Source: Candidatus Epulonipiscium fishelsonii
GTDB lineage: Bacteria; Bacillota; Clostridia; Lachnospirales; Cellulosilyticaceae
Length of the DNA: 64,000 bases
Assembly (NCBI GenBank): GCA_001983455.1
Contig: LJDB01000010.1
Location: forward strand, 11,399-75,398
Direction of reading: 5' to 3'
Shown here: piece by piece, positions 40,348 through 50,242 of the stretch
How the letters are laid out: every line of letters starts with the position of its first letter
Numbering within the stretch: position 1 is the stretch's first letter
Program-made: the position numbers and the translations under genes
The notes under the pieces: generated by a model
Told to the model about the DNA's origin: nothing
Database searches by the model: none
The model's input: only the letters and a program-made list of their open reading frames with translations

Positions 40348-40690
40348 AACTAGGCTCCTTATTCATGATAACGGATTTAGGAACAACGTGACTAAAGCTG
40401 TCATTGGTAATGCATATTTTACATTGTTTAATTATATCTATTAACTCATATTCTAATAAATCTTCAATTAAAATATAATCTTCGTTTTCAATTGCTTTAG
40501 TCAATTCCGTAAATACCTCTGCAATTTGAGATGAATTTTGAATTGTTAATATTGATGATATCTGTACATATATTTGCAAACTAATTGTAAGTATTTTACT
40601 AACTAAAAAAATTGTAAAACTTTGTTTTGAAAGTATTGATTGAACTAAGTCTTCTAACAAATCTAATTGTTTAATTAAATTATTTTCCAT
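40337..40690 (-). CDS. Hypothetical helical protein (117 aa)
   Basis: ORF between maf and the NeuB-MTase gene with no recognisable motif. Its last ~20 codons are encoded by the dispersed hairpin element. Confidence 0.4.
   Translation of the reverse strand: MENNLIKQLDLLEDLVQSILSKQSFTIFLVSKILTISLQIYVQISSILTIQNSSQIAEVFTELTKAIENEDYILIEDLLEYELIDIIKQCKICITNDSFSHVVPKSVIMNKEPSYGV
40356..40401. repeat. Dispersed hairpin element immediately upstream of the NeuB-MTase start
   Basis: CTCCTTATTCATGATA + ACGGATTTAG / GAACAACGTGA / CTAAAGCTGT. Related copies at 21812-21856 and 54213-54257. Confidence 0.85.
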
Positions 40691-40695
40691 AAATT

Positions 40696-42465
40696 TTAAC
40701 CTTTTCTATATTTAATTTTAAATGACTCTAATATTTTTTCAAGATTATCATGTACAAGAGTATAATCTATTTGAAGTACTTGCACAACTGAAAAATATTC
40801 AACATACATTTCTTCTAAACTATTATTTTCTATTGTTTCAACATTTGTGGGAAATATTTCTCTAGTTACATGAGATTTATTTTGTACTTGAGCTGATGTC
40901 TCTAGTATATTTATTAAAGGATATATAGTATATTGCTGAATTTGATCAAAAAAATCTTCTATTTTACTATAGTTTATTCTTATATCTTCAACATTTCTAT
41001 ATTTTATTGTTGTAGCTATATCGGTCAATAAATCTAATAAAGATTTTATCAAGTCTATTACTTCTTCCAGCTCTAAAATAATATCTTTTAATTCAATTTT
41101 TACATTACTTTTAGATGGTTTTACATGTTCAATTTTTACTTTATGTTTTGGATTGTATTTTTCAATAACACTTTTTAATGACATATGAGAGCATCCTTCA
41201 ATATATGCTCCTCCTTCTGTAGCATTAATAAATTCTATATTTGTATGGGTACTAATAAATTTTTCAATAACATCTTTTATACGAAGGTACATATTATTTG
41301 ATTTAATTTCAAATTTTTCATCAAAAGCTTTAGTCCATATAAAATCATCTGGCATTTTGAAAGTTTGAGTCTCTTGCTCATCTTGAGCTTCTTTATCATG
41401 AAATTCATTGTTTGTAAAAGCTAAATCTTGTCCCATAAGAATAATAGGACTACACTTTAAATAAGTTGCAACACTAATTGCAAGCGAACTTACAGAAATA
41501 GAATATGATAATTCATTTAACTCCACACCTAATGCTTTACACATAGGTCTTAATGTTGTAACAAAATATTTTATATTTTTATGCCTTTCCATTAAATCAT
41601 AATTACTATGATAAGTGCAAATCATAGGATAATCTAAGCAAGCATCTTCTTTTAATAAATCAAAGCTAACGTTGTTTGAGTCAGCATGAAATATAAAATC
41701 GGGTTCAATGTTATTGTTATAAATAGCATTTAAAGTTCTTGAGATGACAAAAATTAAGCCATTAAAATCTTTTAATTGATTAATATTTTTTGAAAGAGAA
41801 GGTCCAGCAGAAACTATTACAGCTGGGATATTTTTATATTGTTTTAAATCATTTAAAGAATATGAATTTGTAATAAAGTTATAATTTGATATTGTGTGTT
41901 CAATCTCTTCCATAGTTCTTATCTCAAAAAATTTATAGGTTAACTCTTCATGTAATCTAACGTTTTCAAAGATAAAATTTACTTGTTTAAAATATTTTTC
42001 ATAAAAATATGAGTAAACCTTATCTGTTATTAAACAGTACTTTCTTAAAGCTATTTGGTGATTATTCCTTGAAAATATAGTTGTTAGCTTATCAAAGTCC
42101 ATACCACTAAAAACTGTTATTTTGTCTGGATCTATTTGTTCAAATTCCATTTGATAATTTAATAGTTCTTCATTAGGTTCAATTATAATTAATTTATTTC
42201 TAAACTCTCCTATATAGTCTAATATTTTTTTTATTCCATAACCTAAACTATAGCCCATTATAATCCATAAGGTGTCTTTGTTAAATTTATTTAATTCCAA
42301 ATTTTTAAATGCTTTTTGCCTAGGTTCATATTTACTTAGGACATATTTTTCAGTATATTCGTTATAAAGTTTCATGGTATAATCTATACCATTTTTAGCT
42401 TTTTCAATTTTCATATGTGTGTTTTGAATTTCTAATTCAATGTCTTTTAATTCTTGTCCATCCAC
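40696..42465 (-). CDS. maf: Motility accessory factor (Maf / DUF115) flagellin nonulosonate glycosyltransferase
   Basis: 589 aa. PAVIVSAGPSLSKNINQLKD is the MptE-like/DUF115 core motif. Typical size and flagellar context. Confidence 0.75.
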   Translation of the reverse strand: MDGQELKDIELEIQNTHMKIEKAKNGIDYTMKLYNEYTEKYVLSKYEPRQKAFKNLELNKFNKDTLWIIMGYSLGYGIKKILDYIGEFRNKLIIIEPNEELLNYQMEFEQIDPDKITVFSGMDFDKLTTIFSRNNHQIALRKYCLITDKVYSYFYEKYFKQVNFIFENVRLHEELTYKFFEIRTMEEIEHTISNYNFITNSYSLNDLKQYKNIPAVIVSAGPSLSKNINQLKDFNGLIFVISRTLNAIYNNNIEPDFIFHADSNNVSFDLLKEDACLDYPMICTYHSNYDLMERHKNIKYFVTTLRPMCKALGVELNELSYSISVSSLAISVATYLKCSPIILMGQDLAFTNNEFHDKEAQDEQETQTFKMPDDFIWTKAFDEKFEIKSNNMYLRIKDVIEKFISTHTNIEFINATEGGAYIEGCSHMSLKSVIEKYNPKHKVKIEHVKPSKSNVKIELKDIILELEEVIDLIKSLLDLLTDIATTIKYRNVEDIRINYSKIEDFFDQIQQYTIYPLINILETSAQVQNKSHVTREIFPTNVETIENNSLEEMYVEYFSVVQVLQIDYTLVHDNLEKILESFKIKYRKG

Positions 42466-42588
42466 TGTACTGATTCTCCTTAAAGATTTATATTATAATA
42501 AAATACAGTAGTTTCATTTACCATAATAAGGAAAAAAGATTATATTCCTTTTCTCCCTACATAAAACTATTTGAAATTTTATTAGTAG

Positions 42589-42774
42589 TCAAATTCTAAT
42601 ATTTATATTGCTTCCTAAATTTGGATTAACAGATGTTTCCATATTTCTCATCATTTCATTCATCATTTCGGATGATTGTTCAACTGTATCCATAGCCATT
42701 TTTGCTACAGATAAACTTACTTGAACTCCTACATTCATTTGGCTCATTCCAGCTGATAAACCTGCAATATCCAT
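42589..42774 (-). CDS. YjfB-family putative motility protein (61 aa)
   Basis: MDIAGLSAGMSQMNVGVQVSLSVAKMAMDT... matches the short YjfB-type motility protein pattern. RBS AAGGGGGA. Confidence 0.65.
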   Translation of the reverse strand: MDIAGLSAGMSQMNVGVQVSLSVAKMAMDTVEQSSEMMNEMMRNMETSVNPNLGSNINIRI

Positions 42775-43038
42775 TAAAATATCCCCCTTTAGTATTTTTA
42801 TATACTAGAAATTTAGCTAATTAATTAGCTCTTAGTTTAATGAATAGTGGAAAATAAAAAAAAGACTTTGAGCTTTTAATAACCTAACTTAATAAGCTCC
42901 TGAGAGTCACATAATTAGTTCTAACAATTTTATAACCTGGTTAAAATCTTTTAATAATTATAACTTATTAAAATGTGAGTAAGTTTTTATAATGTAGGAT
43001 TATAACCAGGTTTTTAAATGAATAATAAAATAAAGAAT

Positions 43039-43470
43039 TTATTTTTTAGTATCAACAAATAATCCTGCTCTTTGTTCCATTGCAGCTATCATTTCTACTA
43101 TTTCTTCTGGAGGAAATTCTCTAATAACTTCTTGAGTTTCCTTGTCGATTACTTTACCTAGAACTTGATTTGTTTCGCTGTGCATAGAAAATTTAATTTG
43201 GCTAGTATGTGAATTAATTTCTATATTTGCACTTTCAATAGAATGAGAGATTTTTTTCACAAAATCTTCTGTTTGGGTTTTAGTTTTAGCTTGATTTTGA
43301 GCTTGAGTTTGAGCTTGGTTTTGATTTTGGTGATTTAGTTGCGGCTTATTTTGTGGTGTAGTTGCAACTTTAATTTCTTTTGGTGCTTGCACTTGTGGTT
43401 GTGGTTGAGCTTGTGGTGCATTATTTATTTCAACTGGTTGTGGTGTATTTGTTGTATTTGTGATATTCAT
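43039..43470 (-). CDS. flaG: Flagellar protein FlaG
   Basis: 143 aa. Q/P-rich N-terminus. C-terminus IKFSMHSETNQVLGKVIDKETQEVIREFPPEEI is the FlaG motif. Confidence 0.8.
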   Translation of the reverse strand: MNITNTTNTPQPVEINNAPQAQPQPQVQAPKEIKVATTPQNKPQLNHQNQNQAQTQAQNQAKTKTQTEDFVKKISHSIESANIEINSHTSQIKFSMHSETNQVLGKVIDKETQEVIREFPPEEIVEMIAAMEQRAGLFVDTKK

Positions 43471-43497
43471 TTTAAATCCCCTCTTTTATTAAAATAA

Positions 43498-43872
43498 TTA
43501 AGTTTGCTGTTGCTTTACTTTCTGCAACACCTGTACCCATAAATCTCTAAACTCTCTTATAAAGTGTAAGGCTTCTTCTAGTTCTGGTTTGCTTTTTTTC
43601 AAGTTAGCTTTTAATAATAATTCAAAGATATAGTCATATAATAAAGCCATGGAATGAGCAACTTCATATTCCATTTTTAAAGTCATATGGAGTTCCTGAA
43701 TAATATTTTGAGCTTTAACTATATTGATATGGCTTTCGGTAATATCTTTATTATCTAAAGCTATTAAAGCTTTATTACAAAATTTAATAGCACCTTCATA
43801 TAATAATAAAGTTATTTCACCTGGTGAAGCTGTTAATATTTTGTTTTGTTGGTACGTTTGATATGGGTTCAT
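43498..43872 (-). CDS. fliS: Flagellin-specific chaperone FliS
   Basis: 124 aa. YQQNKILTASPGEITLLLYEGAIKF is the canonical FliS N-terminus. Confidence 0.9.
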   Translation of the reverse strand: MNPYQTYQQNKILTASPGEITLLLYEGAIKFCNKALIALDNKDITESHINIVKAQNIIQELHMTLKMEYEVAHSMALLYDYIFELLLKANLKKSKPELEEALHFIREFRDLWVQVLQKVKQQQT

Positions 43873-43940
43873 ATTTCATTTCCCTTTCCTAATAAGTAAA
43901 CTGTGTGTAATTTTTGAGAACTTCATAAACAATTTCTTGA

Positions 43941-45485
43941 CTATGCAGTAGCAAATACAGAACTTTGACTATTCCATTCATTCATCATTTGTTCCATAGC
44001 AGTAAATTGACTGTAATAATATTCTTCACGAGACTCATATCTGCTCTGATATCTTTCTATGTCAGTTGCAAGAGTACGGAATTGGTCATCAAATACCTTA
44101 TCGTTATAAAAACTGCCAAAGCTATTTAACGATGTAGTAGCAATTTGGTCACTAATTTTGTCATATAAGGTGTCCATTACTCCATCTGTTTTATTTCCGT
44201 CCGCATCAACTTCACCTGCAAAAGCGGCTATTACTTTATCAGCATCAGAACTTATAGCAGCTTTTAGTTTTTCCTCATCGATATGCAATTTTCCTTTTTC
44301 TTGCCAATTCCCCGTTGTAATACCCATTGAAATTAAATCTTCGTTACTTCCTAAAGCACCTCTTAATGTATCCACAAACTCTTGTAAATGTGGATCATCC
44401 TCAAATAAATGTGTTTCAATTTTTTCATTCCAAAGCTCAATTTCATAATCAGACATTTCGGCCATTTCTTCCTCGGTCAAAGGCATATATTCTTCTTTTG
44501 AATAAGGTACATCAAGTTTGCTATTTAAATCTTCAATAAGTTTATTGTACTCGTCAACAAAACCTACAATTCTATCATATATTGCACCAACGTCTTGTTC
44601 AGACGAAATTAATATCTTGGAATCTCCATCTGTTGCTGTAACACCATTTTTTTCATCATATGCTCCAGTAGTTTGTTTAAAAGTCATATTCAGTCCATTT
44701 ACTGTAACAGTATTTGAAGTTGATTCATAATCATAGCCATTATATTTGTAGTGAGCATTTTTTCCTTGATTAGTACCTACAGTGTAGGTGCCGTCAACGT
44801 CAGATACATTATTTTTGCCAAATAATGCTTCTAAGGCATCTACATTAGCGTTACCCTCTTGACTAGCTGAAATATTTATATCAATGTTTCCAGTTTCTTT
44901 ATTAGAAATCATAAATCTACCTTGATCAAAGTTTACATTTAAACTATCATCGACTTCTTTGATTTTATTAGCAATGTCTTCCATTGTATCAGAGCCCAAA
45001 ATCTCAACTTCTTCATTACCAATATTTATAGTATATGTTGCTGATTCATCCGTTGTATACGCACTAATTTCAGATAATTTTGTATCTTTTGTAGCTAATT
45101 CCTTTGTTTCCTTACCAGTATTAGGATCTACTTTATATATTTGATCGGTATCTACTTGTGTATTTGTTGCAAGTTGCCCGATAATAATTTCATTTGTTCC
45201 ATCAGGAATGTCACTTCCTTCATGAAGGGTTAATGCATCTTCATTTGTGTTTATTATTGTTTCAGAATAAAATCCTCCATCATGTCTTAAGCTACCAATC
45301 TGATCTGTGTAGAAATTCATTAGAGTAGTATTCATTTCTTTCCATTTTTCTTCTTTTAATTCTAACAGCATTTCTTCTTTTTTTAAGTTATCTACTTTAG
45401 ATTTGTCGGTTGCAACCAGTGCTTTAACAATTGACTCGGTGTCTAACCCAGAAGTTAATCCTGTAAATCTTATTGTATCTGACAT
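43941..45485 (-). CDS. fliD: Flagellar filament cap protein FliD
   Basis: 514 aa. N-terminus IRFTGLTSGLDTESIVKALV and a conserved C-terminal coiled-coil. Confidence 0.9.
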   Translation of the reverse strand: MSDTIRFTGLTSGLDTESIVKALVATDKSKVDNLKKEEMLLELKEEKWKEMNTTLMNFYTDQIGSLRHDGGFYSETIINTNEDALTLHEGSDIPDGTNEIIIGQLATNTQVDTDQIYKVDPNTGKETKELATKDTKLSEISAYTTDESATYTINIGNEEVEILGSDTMEDIANKIKEVDDSLNVNFDQGRFMISNKETGNIDINISASQEGNANVDALEALFGKNNVSDVDGTYTVGTNQGKNAHYKYNGYDYESTSNTVTVNGLNMTFKQTTGAYDEKNGVTATDGDSKILISSEQDVGAIYDRIVGFVDEYNKLIEDLNSKLDVPYSKEEYMPLTEEEMAEMSDYEIELWNEKIETHLFEDDPHLQEFVDTLRGALGSNEDLISMGITTGNWQEKGKLHIDEEKLKAAISSDADKVIAAFAGEVDADGNKTDGVMDTLYDKISDQIATTSLNSFGSFYNDKVFDDQFRTLATDIERYQSRYESREEYYYSQFTAMEQMMNEWNSQSSVFATA

Positions 45486-46192
45486 TATTATACCACATCC
45501 TTATTTAAAAAATACTTTTATTGATTAAAAAGTTTACTACATTACCATACTAGGTTGTTGAATATTTTATTGTGTACTATCAAATAAACTCTTTGATAAT
45601 TACTATCGGCTAAAATTTCACTTAACGGTATACTTATATTGGATATTACTCTGATTTTTATAGTTAGACAACTTTATTGCATCAAATATAAATGTCCTGA
45701 TGTATACTTTGTTTAACAACCTAAACACTATGAAGTAATGTTTTTTATCAAACTTTAGAAGTTTACTATAATAAATTTATCTAGTCCTTTTGAGTAACTT
45801 TGATATTTTAACTATGTTATAAAATAAGCTGTATTTTATGCTTGATTTTATATAAATATTTTATACTCATAGCTTCTTATTTTTTTTGATGTTAAGATTG
45901 TAAATAACTTTTAAATTATTACTTAATTAATAATGATAATAATAAAAGACTAGAGATCTATTATTATTTGTTGTAAATATGTAAAGACAAAAGTTTTATT
46001 GATTGCAAAATAAGAAGATATGGACAAATATTTTTCTTGTTATTAATCATTACAATATATATATCGATTGATTTTAAAAAACACTTTAGTTATTTAATAA
46101 ATATTTTTTTATTTTTAATATAATTCCGTAGTCTTATAAATATTTATTGCAATTCTAAATATAATAAATAGGTAGTAATTACAAAATTGATA

Positions 46193-46234
46193 TAAAAAAA
46201 ACTAAGGCAGACTAAATGTCTACCTTAGTTTTTT
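46193..46234. terminator. Bidirectional terminator at the 3' end of the PTS-ascorbate operon
   Basis: AACTAAGGCAGAC / GTCTACCTTAGTT stem with A8 upstream and T5 downstream. Overlaps the EIIC stop codon. Confidence 0.6.
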
Positions 46235-47577
46235 AAACTTGATTTTGGAGTCAATGATGTTTTAACCATTATTCCAACAATAGCTAACAACACTGCGGTT
46301 AATCCAAATGAACCAATAAATTCTTGAACTTTAGCAATAGCAACGCCCAATATAGCAAAATCTGTATCACTAAATGTTGAGTTTGCTATTCCAAGATCAC
46401 CTAAAACAGGTAGTAATAGTACTGGTAAGAAAGAGATTATAACTCCGTTTACAAAAGAACCAATAACTGCACCACGTCTTCCACCTGTTGCGTTTGCAAA
46501 AACTCCTGCTGTTGCACCAGTGAAAAAGTGAGGAACTACACCTGGGATTATAATTGTAAGTCCTAATGAAGCTAATGCAATCATTGAAACTATTCCACCC
46601 ATAAATGAAGACATAAATCCAATTAGCACTGCATTTGGTGCGTAAGGAAATACAATAGGGCAATCTAGTGCTGGTTTAGAATTTGGAACAAGTTTTGTTG
46701 CAATTCCCTTAAATGCTGGTACGATTTCAGCAAGAACAAGTCTTACTCCATTTTGAATAAGTATAAATCCAGCAGTAAATGTTAAAGCTTGAATTATTGC
46801 AAAGACAAGAAAGTTTTTTCCACCAGATAATTCTGCTTCAATATATTCAGGTCCTGCTACAAATGCTACTATAATATATAAAATCAACATAGTTATTGAT
46901 ATAGACACAATAGAGTCTCTTAAAAATGCTAGTGATTTTGGAACTTTCATCTCTTCAGTTGATTTTGAACCTTTTCCCACTAATTTACCTATTGCTCCAG
47001 CTAAGGCATAGCCAACTCCAGAGAAATGACCCAATGCAACTTGATCATTTTTAGTAACTTCCTTCATAAAAGGTTGGCAAACAGCAGGTGAAAGTACCAT
47101 TATAAGACCAAGTGACAATGCTCCATTTAAAATAAGTAAAAATCCTGACATACCTGAGCTTGTTAAAATAACAGCTATCATTCCCGCCATATATAGTGTG
47201 TGATGTCCAGTTAAAAATATGTACTTAAAGTTTGTAAATCTAGCAATTAAAATGTTTGCTAACATACCAAATGTCATAATTAAAGCAGTTGACTGTCCAT
47301 ATTGATTGATAGCTAGTGCTATAATAGCTTCATTATTAGGGATAACTCCATTTATATTAAAGCCATATTCAAACATTTTTCCAAATGGATCTAATGATGC
47401 AACTATAACTCCTGCTGAAGCTGAGATTACAACAAATCCCACCATTGCCTTTAATGTTGCTTTTATAATTTCATCCACTGTCTTCTTTTGAAGAATTAGT
47501 CCTATAAGTACTATTATACCTATTAATATTGCTGGTTCTGAAATAAAATCTACTAAATCTTGTAAAATGCCTTGCAT
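46225..47577 (-). CDS. ulaA: PTS ascorbate-family EIIC (UlaA/SgaT-like)
   Basis: 450 aa polytopic protein. The N-terminal pattern ILQDLVDFISEPAILIGIIVLIGL is typical of SgaT/UlaA. Confidence 0.8.
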   Translation of the reverse strand: MQGILQDLVDFISEPAILIGIIVLIGLILQKKTVDEIIKATLKAMVGFVVISASAGVIVASLDPFGKMFEYGFNINGVIPNNEAIIALAINQYGQSTALIMTFGMLANILIARFTNFKYIFLTGHHTLYMAGMIAVILTSSGMSGFLLILNGALSLGLIMVLSPAVCQPFMKEVTKNDQVALGHFSGVGYALAGAIGKLVGKGSKSTEEMKVPKSLAFLRDSIVSISITMLILYIIVAFVAGPEYIEAELSGGKNFLVFAIIQALTFTAGFILIQNGVRLVLAEIVPAFKGIATKLVPNSKPALDCPIVFPYAPNAVLIGFMSSFMGGIVSMIALASLGLTIIIPGVVPHFFTGATAGVFANATGGRRGAVIGSFVNGVIISFLPVLLLPVLGDLGIANSTFSDTDFAILGVAIAKVQEFIGSFGLTAVLLAIVGIMVKTSLTPKSSLKN

Positions 47578-47631
47578 AAAATCCCCCCCTATGTGTAATC
47601 TGTAAGGGTGAAATCAATCCACCCATTATGA

Positions 47632-47901
47632 TTAATTAATTTTTGCTAACAATTTATCTTTTAACTCATTCCTATCAATTAAGGAGTTAAGCACAATAAG
47701 ATTTGGTAAATGCTCCGCACTAGGAGCAAGGTCTGCTGCTACAACAAATATATCTGCTTGCGAAGGTGATGCATCTGCCAATGAGTTATGTGCTGCCTGA
47801 TATCCACTTATTCCTGCTTCTTTTAAAATATCATTAATGCTCATCTCCACCATAAAACTTGATCCAAGTCCTGATCCACATACTGCCATAATTGTTTTCA
47901 T
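47632..47901 (-). CDS. PTS EIIB (UlaB/SgaB-like)
   Basis: 89 aa. MKTIMAVCGSGLGSSFM carries the active-site Cys motif. Confidence 0.8.
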   Translation of the reverse strand: MKTIMAVCGSGLGSSFMVEMSINDILKEAGISGYQAAHNSLADASPSQADIFVVAADLAPSAEHLPNLIVLNSLIDRNELKDKLLAKIN

Positions 47902-47904
47902 ACT

Positions 47905-48306
47905 CTACACAACCTTTCTTATATCTTCCTCATTATCTGAATACATTATTTTATTTAATACATCTGAGTTCATACAAATGCTTGCTATCTTTTGTATTAA
48001 TTCCATATGCGAGTTACTATCTTTTGCACATAAAGTTATAAATAGCTTTATTTCATTCCCTAAAAAATCTACTGGTTGATTAAGCTTTAATATACATGCA
48101 TTGCTTGCAATTACTCCATCTTCTGGTCTTGCATGAGGCATAGCTACATTTTCACCAATACAAAAATATGGGCCAAACTCCTCTATTTTTTCTAATATAG
48201 CAGGATAATATCTGGGTGTAACAAATCCTGCTTGCTCAAGCTCTTCACAACTTATCTTTATGGCTTCTTGATACGAATTAACATATTCTACAACTTTTAC
48301 AAACAT
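47905..48306 (-). CDS. PTS EIIA (Mtl/Fru/Ula type)
   Basis: 133 aa. NVAMPHARPEDGV carries the phospho-His motif. Confidence 0.75.
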   Translation of the reverse strand: MFVKVVEYVNSYQEAIKISCEELEQAGFVTPRYYPAILEKIEEFGPYFCIGENVAMPHARPEDGVIASNACILKLNQPVDFLGNEIKLFITLCAKDSNSHMELIQKIASICMNSDVLNKIMYSDNEEDIRKVV

Positions 48307-48316
48307 CGTATCCTCC

Positions 48317-50242
48317 TTATATAATTTCTACTAAATCACTATATTCTTTTGCTGTCTTTAGTTTGGATACATTATCTCCCTTTAAAAGGATGTTGATCAA
48401 TTTTATTAAATTCATGTTTTCTGTTTTATTTGCCAAGACTACAATAACTTTGACTGGTACATAATTTTTATCTCCAAATTGTACTCTATTTTTTAACGTA
48501 ATTAAACTTATACTATTCTCATTTACATGTTCTGCTTGGGCATGAACAAATGCAATTTCAGGAACAAATACCATATAGGTTCCCAATTTTTCTATACTAT
48601 GGATTATATCCATTACATACAATTTCTTTACTTTGTTTGATTTAATAAGTGGTTTGGTAGCTTCTTTTATTGCTTCTCTCCAATCACTTATTTCCAAGCT
48701 AAATTGAGTATTTGGCTTAAATATAAGATCCATTATAGAAAAAGTTTCATTATGCTGATATCTATTGACTAGGTATTGACTACTTTTTTGGTATGCTTTT
48801 TTAAATGTAAATTCCCTTATAACCTCTAGGTCTTTATTATTTAGCAACGGACTAACTTCTATAACCTTAATTTTATTATGGGTAAATGGAATAGTCGTAA
48901 TTATAAAATCAATATCGTTAAAATAATGAGTGTTTTCAAACTCATCTATACCAAATGTTTCAAGTATATTTAAATTTGGCAACGCACTCTTAAGTCGTAC
49001 ATTTAAAAGTCTTGAGGTAGAAAATCCACTGTTGCATATAATAACTGTTTTAGTTAAAAAAATTTTATGGCTCATACTTTCAAATATCGCACCAAAATGC
49101 ATCGCCATATATGCAATCTCAGAATCTGGAAAAATTACGTCTAGTTGGTTTTCATATTTTCTAAGTATTTCTTGAGTAATTTTATAAATAATGCCAATCT
49201 CATATCTAATCTCTGATGCAAGTGGATTAGTTATACTAAAGTTGTTTTTTAACCTATAAACTGCTATATTAAAATGCGTAATTACTGAGTTCATTATCTC
49301 TATATCTTGCGTAAATGAAATCCCCAAGTAGCTTTCAAAATCCTTAAGTATCCTCATTGCTATTAAATCTATTTCATTTTCACACTTTATAGTTTGTGTT
49401 TTAAAGTTATTAACTACTTTAGCACTCTTAAACCATTTAATTAAATAGCAAATTTCTTGGTTTATAAATTCTTCATATAGATTAATATTCTTAAAACTAT
49501 CTTGTAGTACTTTAAACATTACTTTTCTTGTTGCGATATCTAGGTGTTCAGCAGGATATTCAATATAATTGCCTTTGCGTATTCTATGCAAACAATAAAG
49601 GATAATAGTGCTAAGTTCTTCAAATGAACTCTTTGAATATCTAACTCCCATTGAAATCTCAACGGATCTAATTAGATTTTCGATAGTTACTCTATTTTCC
49701 TCAAACGTTCTTATTATTTTAAGTTTTTCGGTATTGCATTTTCTATAAAAATCAACGAATGCATATCGGATATCTTCTTCATTACCTTGAATTTGTGTAC
49801 CTTGATAAGGCTTTGCTTCTATCCAAAGATTAAATGTTTTTAAGTATGATTTAACTTTCTTAATATCTTGAACAATAGTATTTTTACTAAGGTCAAGTTG
49901 ATTTGCTAAATCATTTATTGTTGTGCTTTCTAAAAGTAATATTAAAGCTAAATTTACTATTCTTTCATCTTGGCTAAAAATATTAGCCTGTAAAATTTCG
50001 ATTTGAACTAGTAAAGTCCTTCTGCCTAGTTCATCTTTATACACAATCTTATTACCATTTTTAGGAACTCTTACTAAATCAATTCCTAATTTTCTCAAGG
50101 TATATTCAATGCTATCTAAATCATAGCGGACAGTTCTTTCGCTTACTTCAAAGTTATTTGCAATGTATTTTGTAGAAACGTATTCGTTCTTTTCTACCAA
50201 CATTTTCAAAATGTTTAATTGTCGCTTATTCATTATCTGCAC
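48317..50242 (-). CDS. PRD-containing PTS operon regulator (MtlR/LicR-like: HTH, 2x PRD, EIIB-like, EIIA-like)
   Basis: 641 aa. N-terminal HTH (LNILKMLVEKNEYVSTKYIA), a central PRD-length region, C-terminal VIICNSGFSTSRLL (EIIB-Gat-like) and an EIIA-like end. GTG start 7 nt after AGGAGG. Confidence 0.75.
   Translation of the reverse strand: MQIMNKRQLNILKMLVEKNEYVSTKYIANNFEVSERTVRYDLDSIEYTLRKLGIDLVRVPKNGNKIVYKDELGRRTLLVQIEILQANIFSQDERIVNLALILLLESTTINDLANQLDLSKNTIVQDIKKVKSYLKTFNLWIEAKPYQGTQIQGNEEDIRYAFVDFYRKCNTEKLKIIRTFEENRVTIENLIRSVEISMGVRYSKSSFEELSTIILYCLHRIRKGNYIEYPAEHLDIATRKVMFKVLQDSFKNINLYEEFINQEICYLIKWFKSAKVVNNFKTQTIKCENEIDLIAMRILKDFESYLGISFTQDIEIMNSVITHFNIAVYRLKNNFSITNPLASEIRYEIGIIYKITQEILRKYENQLDVIFPDSEIAYMAMHFGAIFESMSHKIFLTKTVIICNSGFSTSRLLNVRLKSALPNLNILETFGIDEFENTHYFNDIDFIITTIPFTHNKIKVIEVSPLLNNKDLEVIREFTFKKAYQKSSQYLVNRYQHNETFSIMDLIFKPNTQFSLEISDWREAIKEATKPLIKSNKVKKLYVMDIIHSIEKLGTYMVFVPEIAFVHAQAEHVNENSISLITLKNRVQFGDKNYVPVKVIVVLANKTENMNLIKLINILLKGDNVSKLKTAKEYSDLVEII

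Noticed and set aside
45613-45620. Sigma-D promoter for fliD based on GCCGATAG
   Set aside because: The -10-like element is good, but there is no TAAA at 15-16 nt spacing. The nearest is TTAA at 11 nt. Kept only as a note in a low-interest finding.
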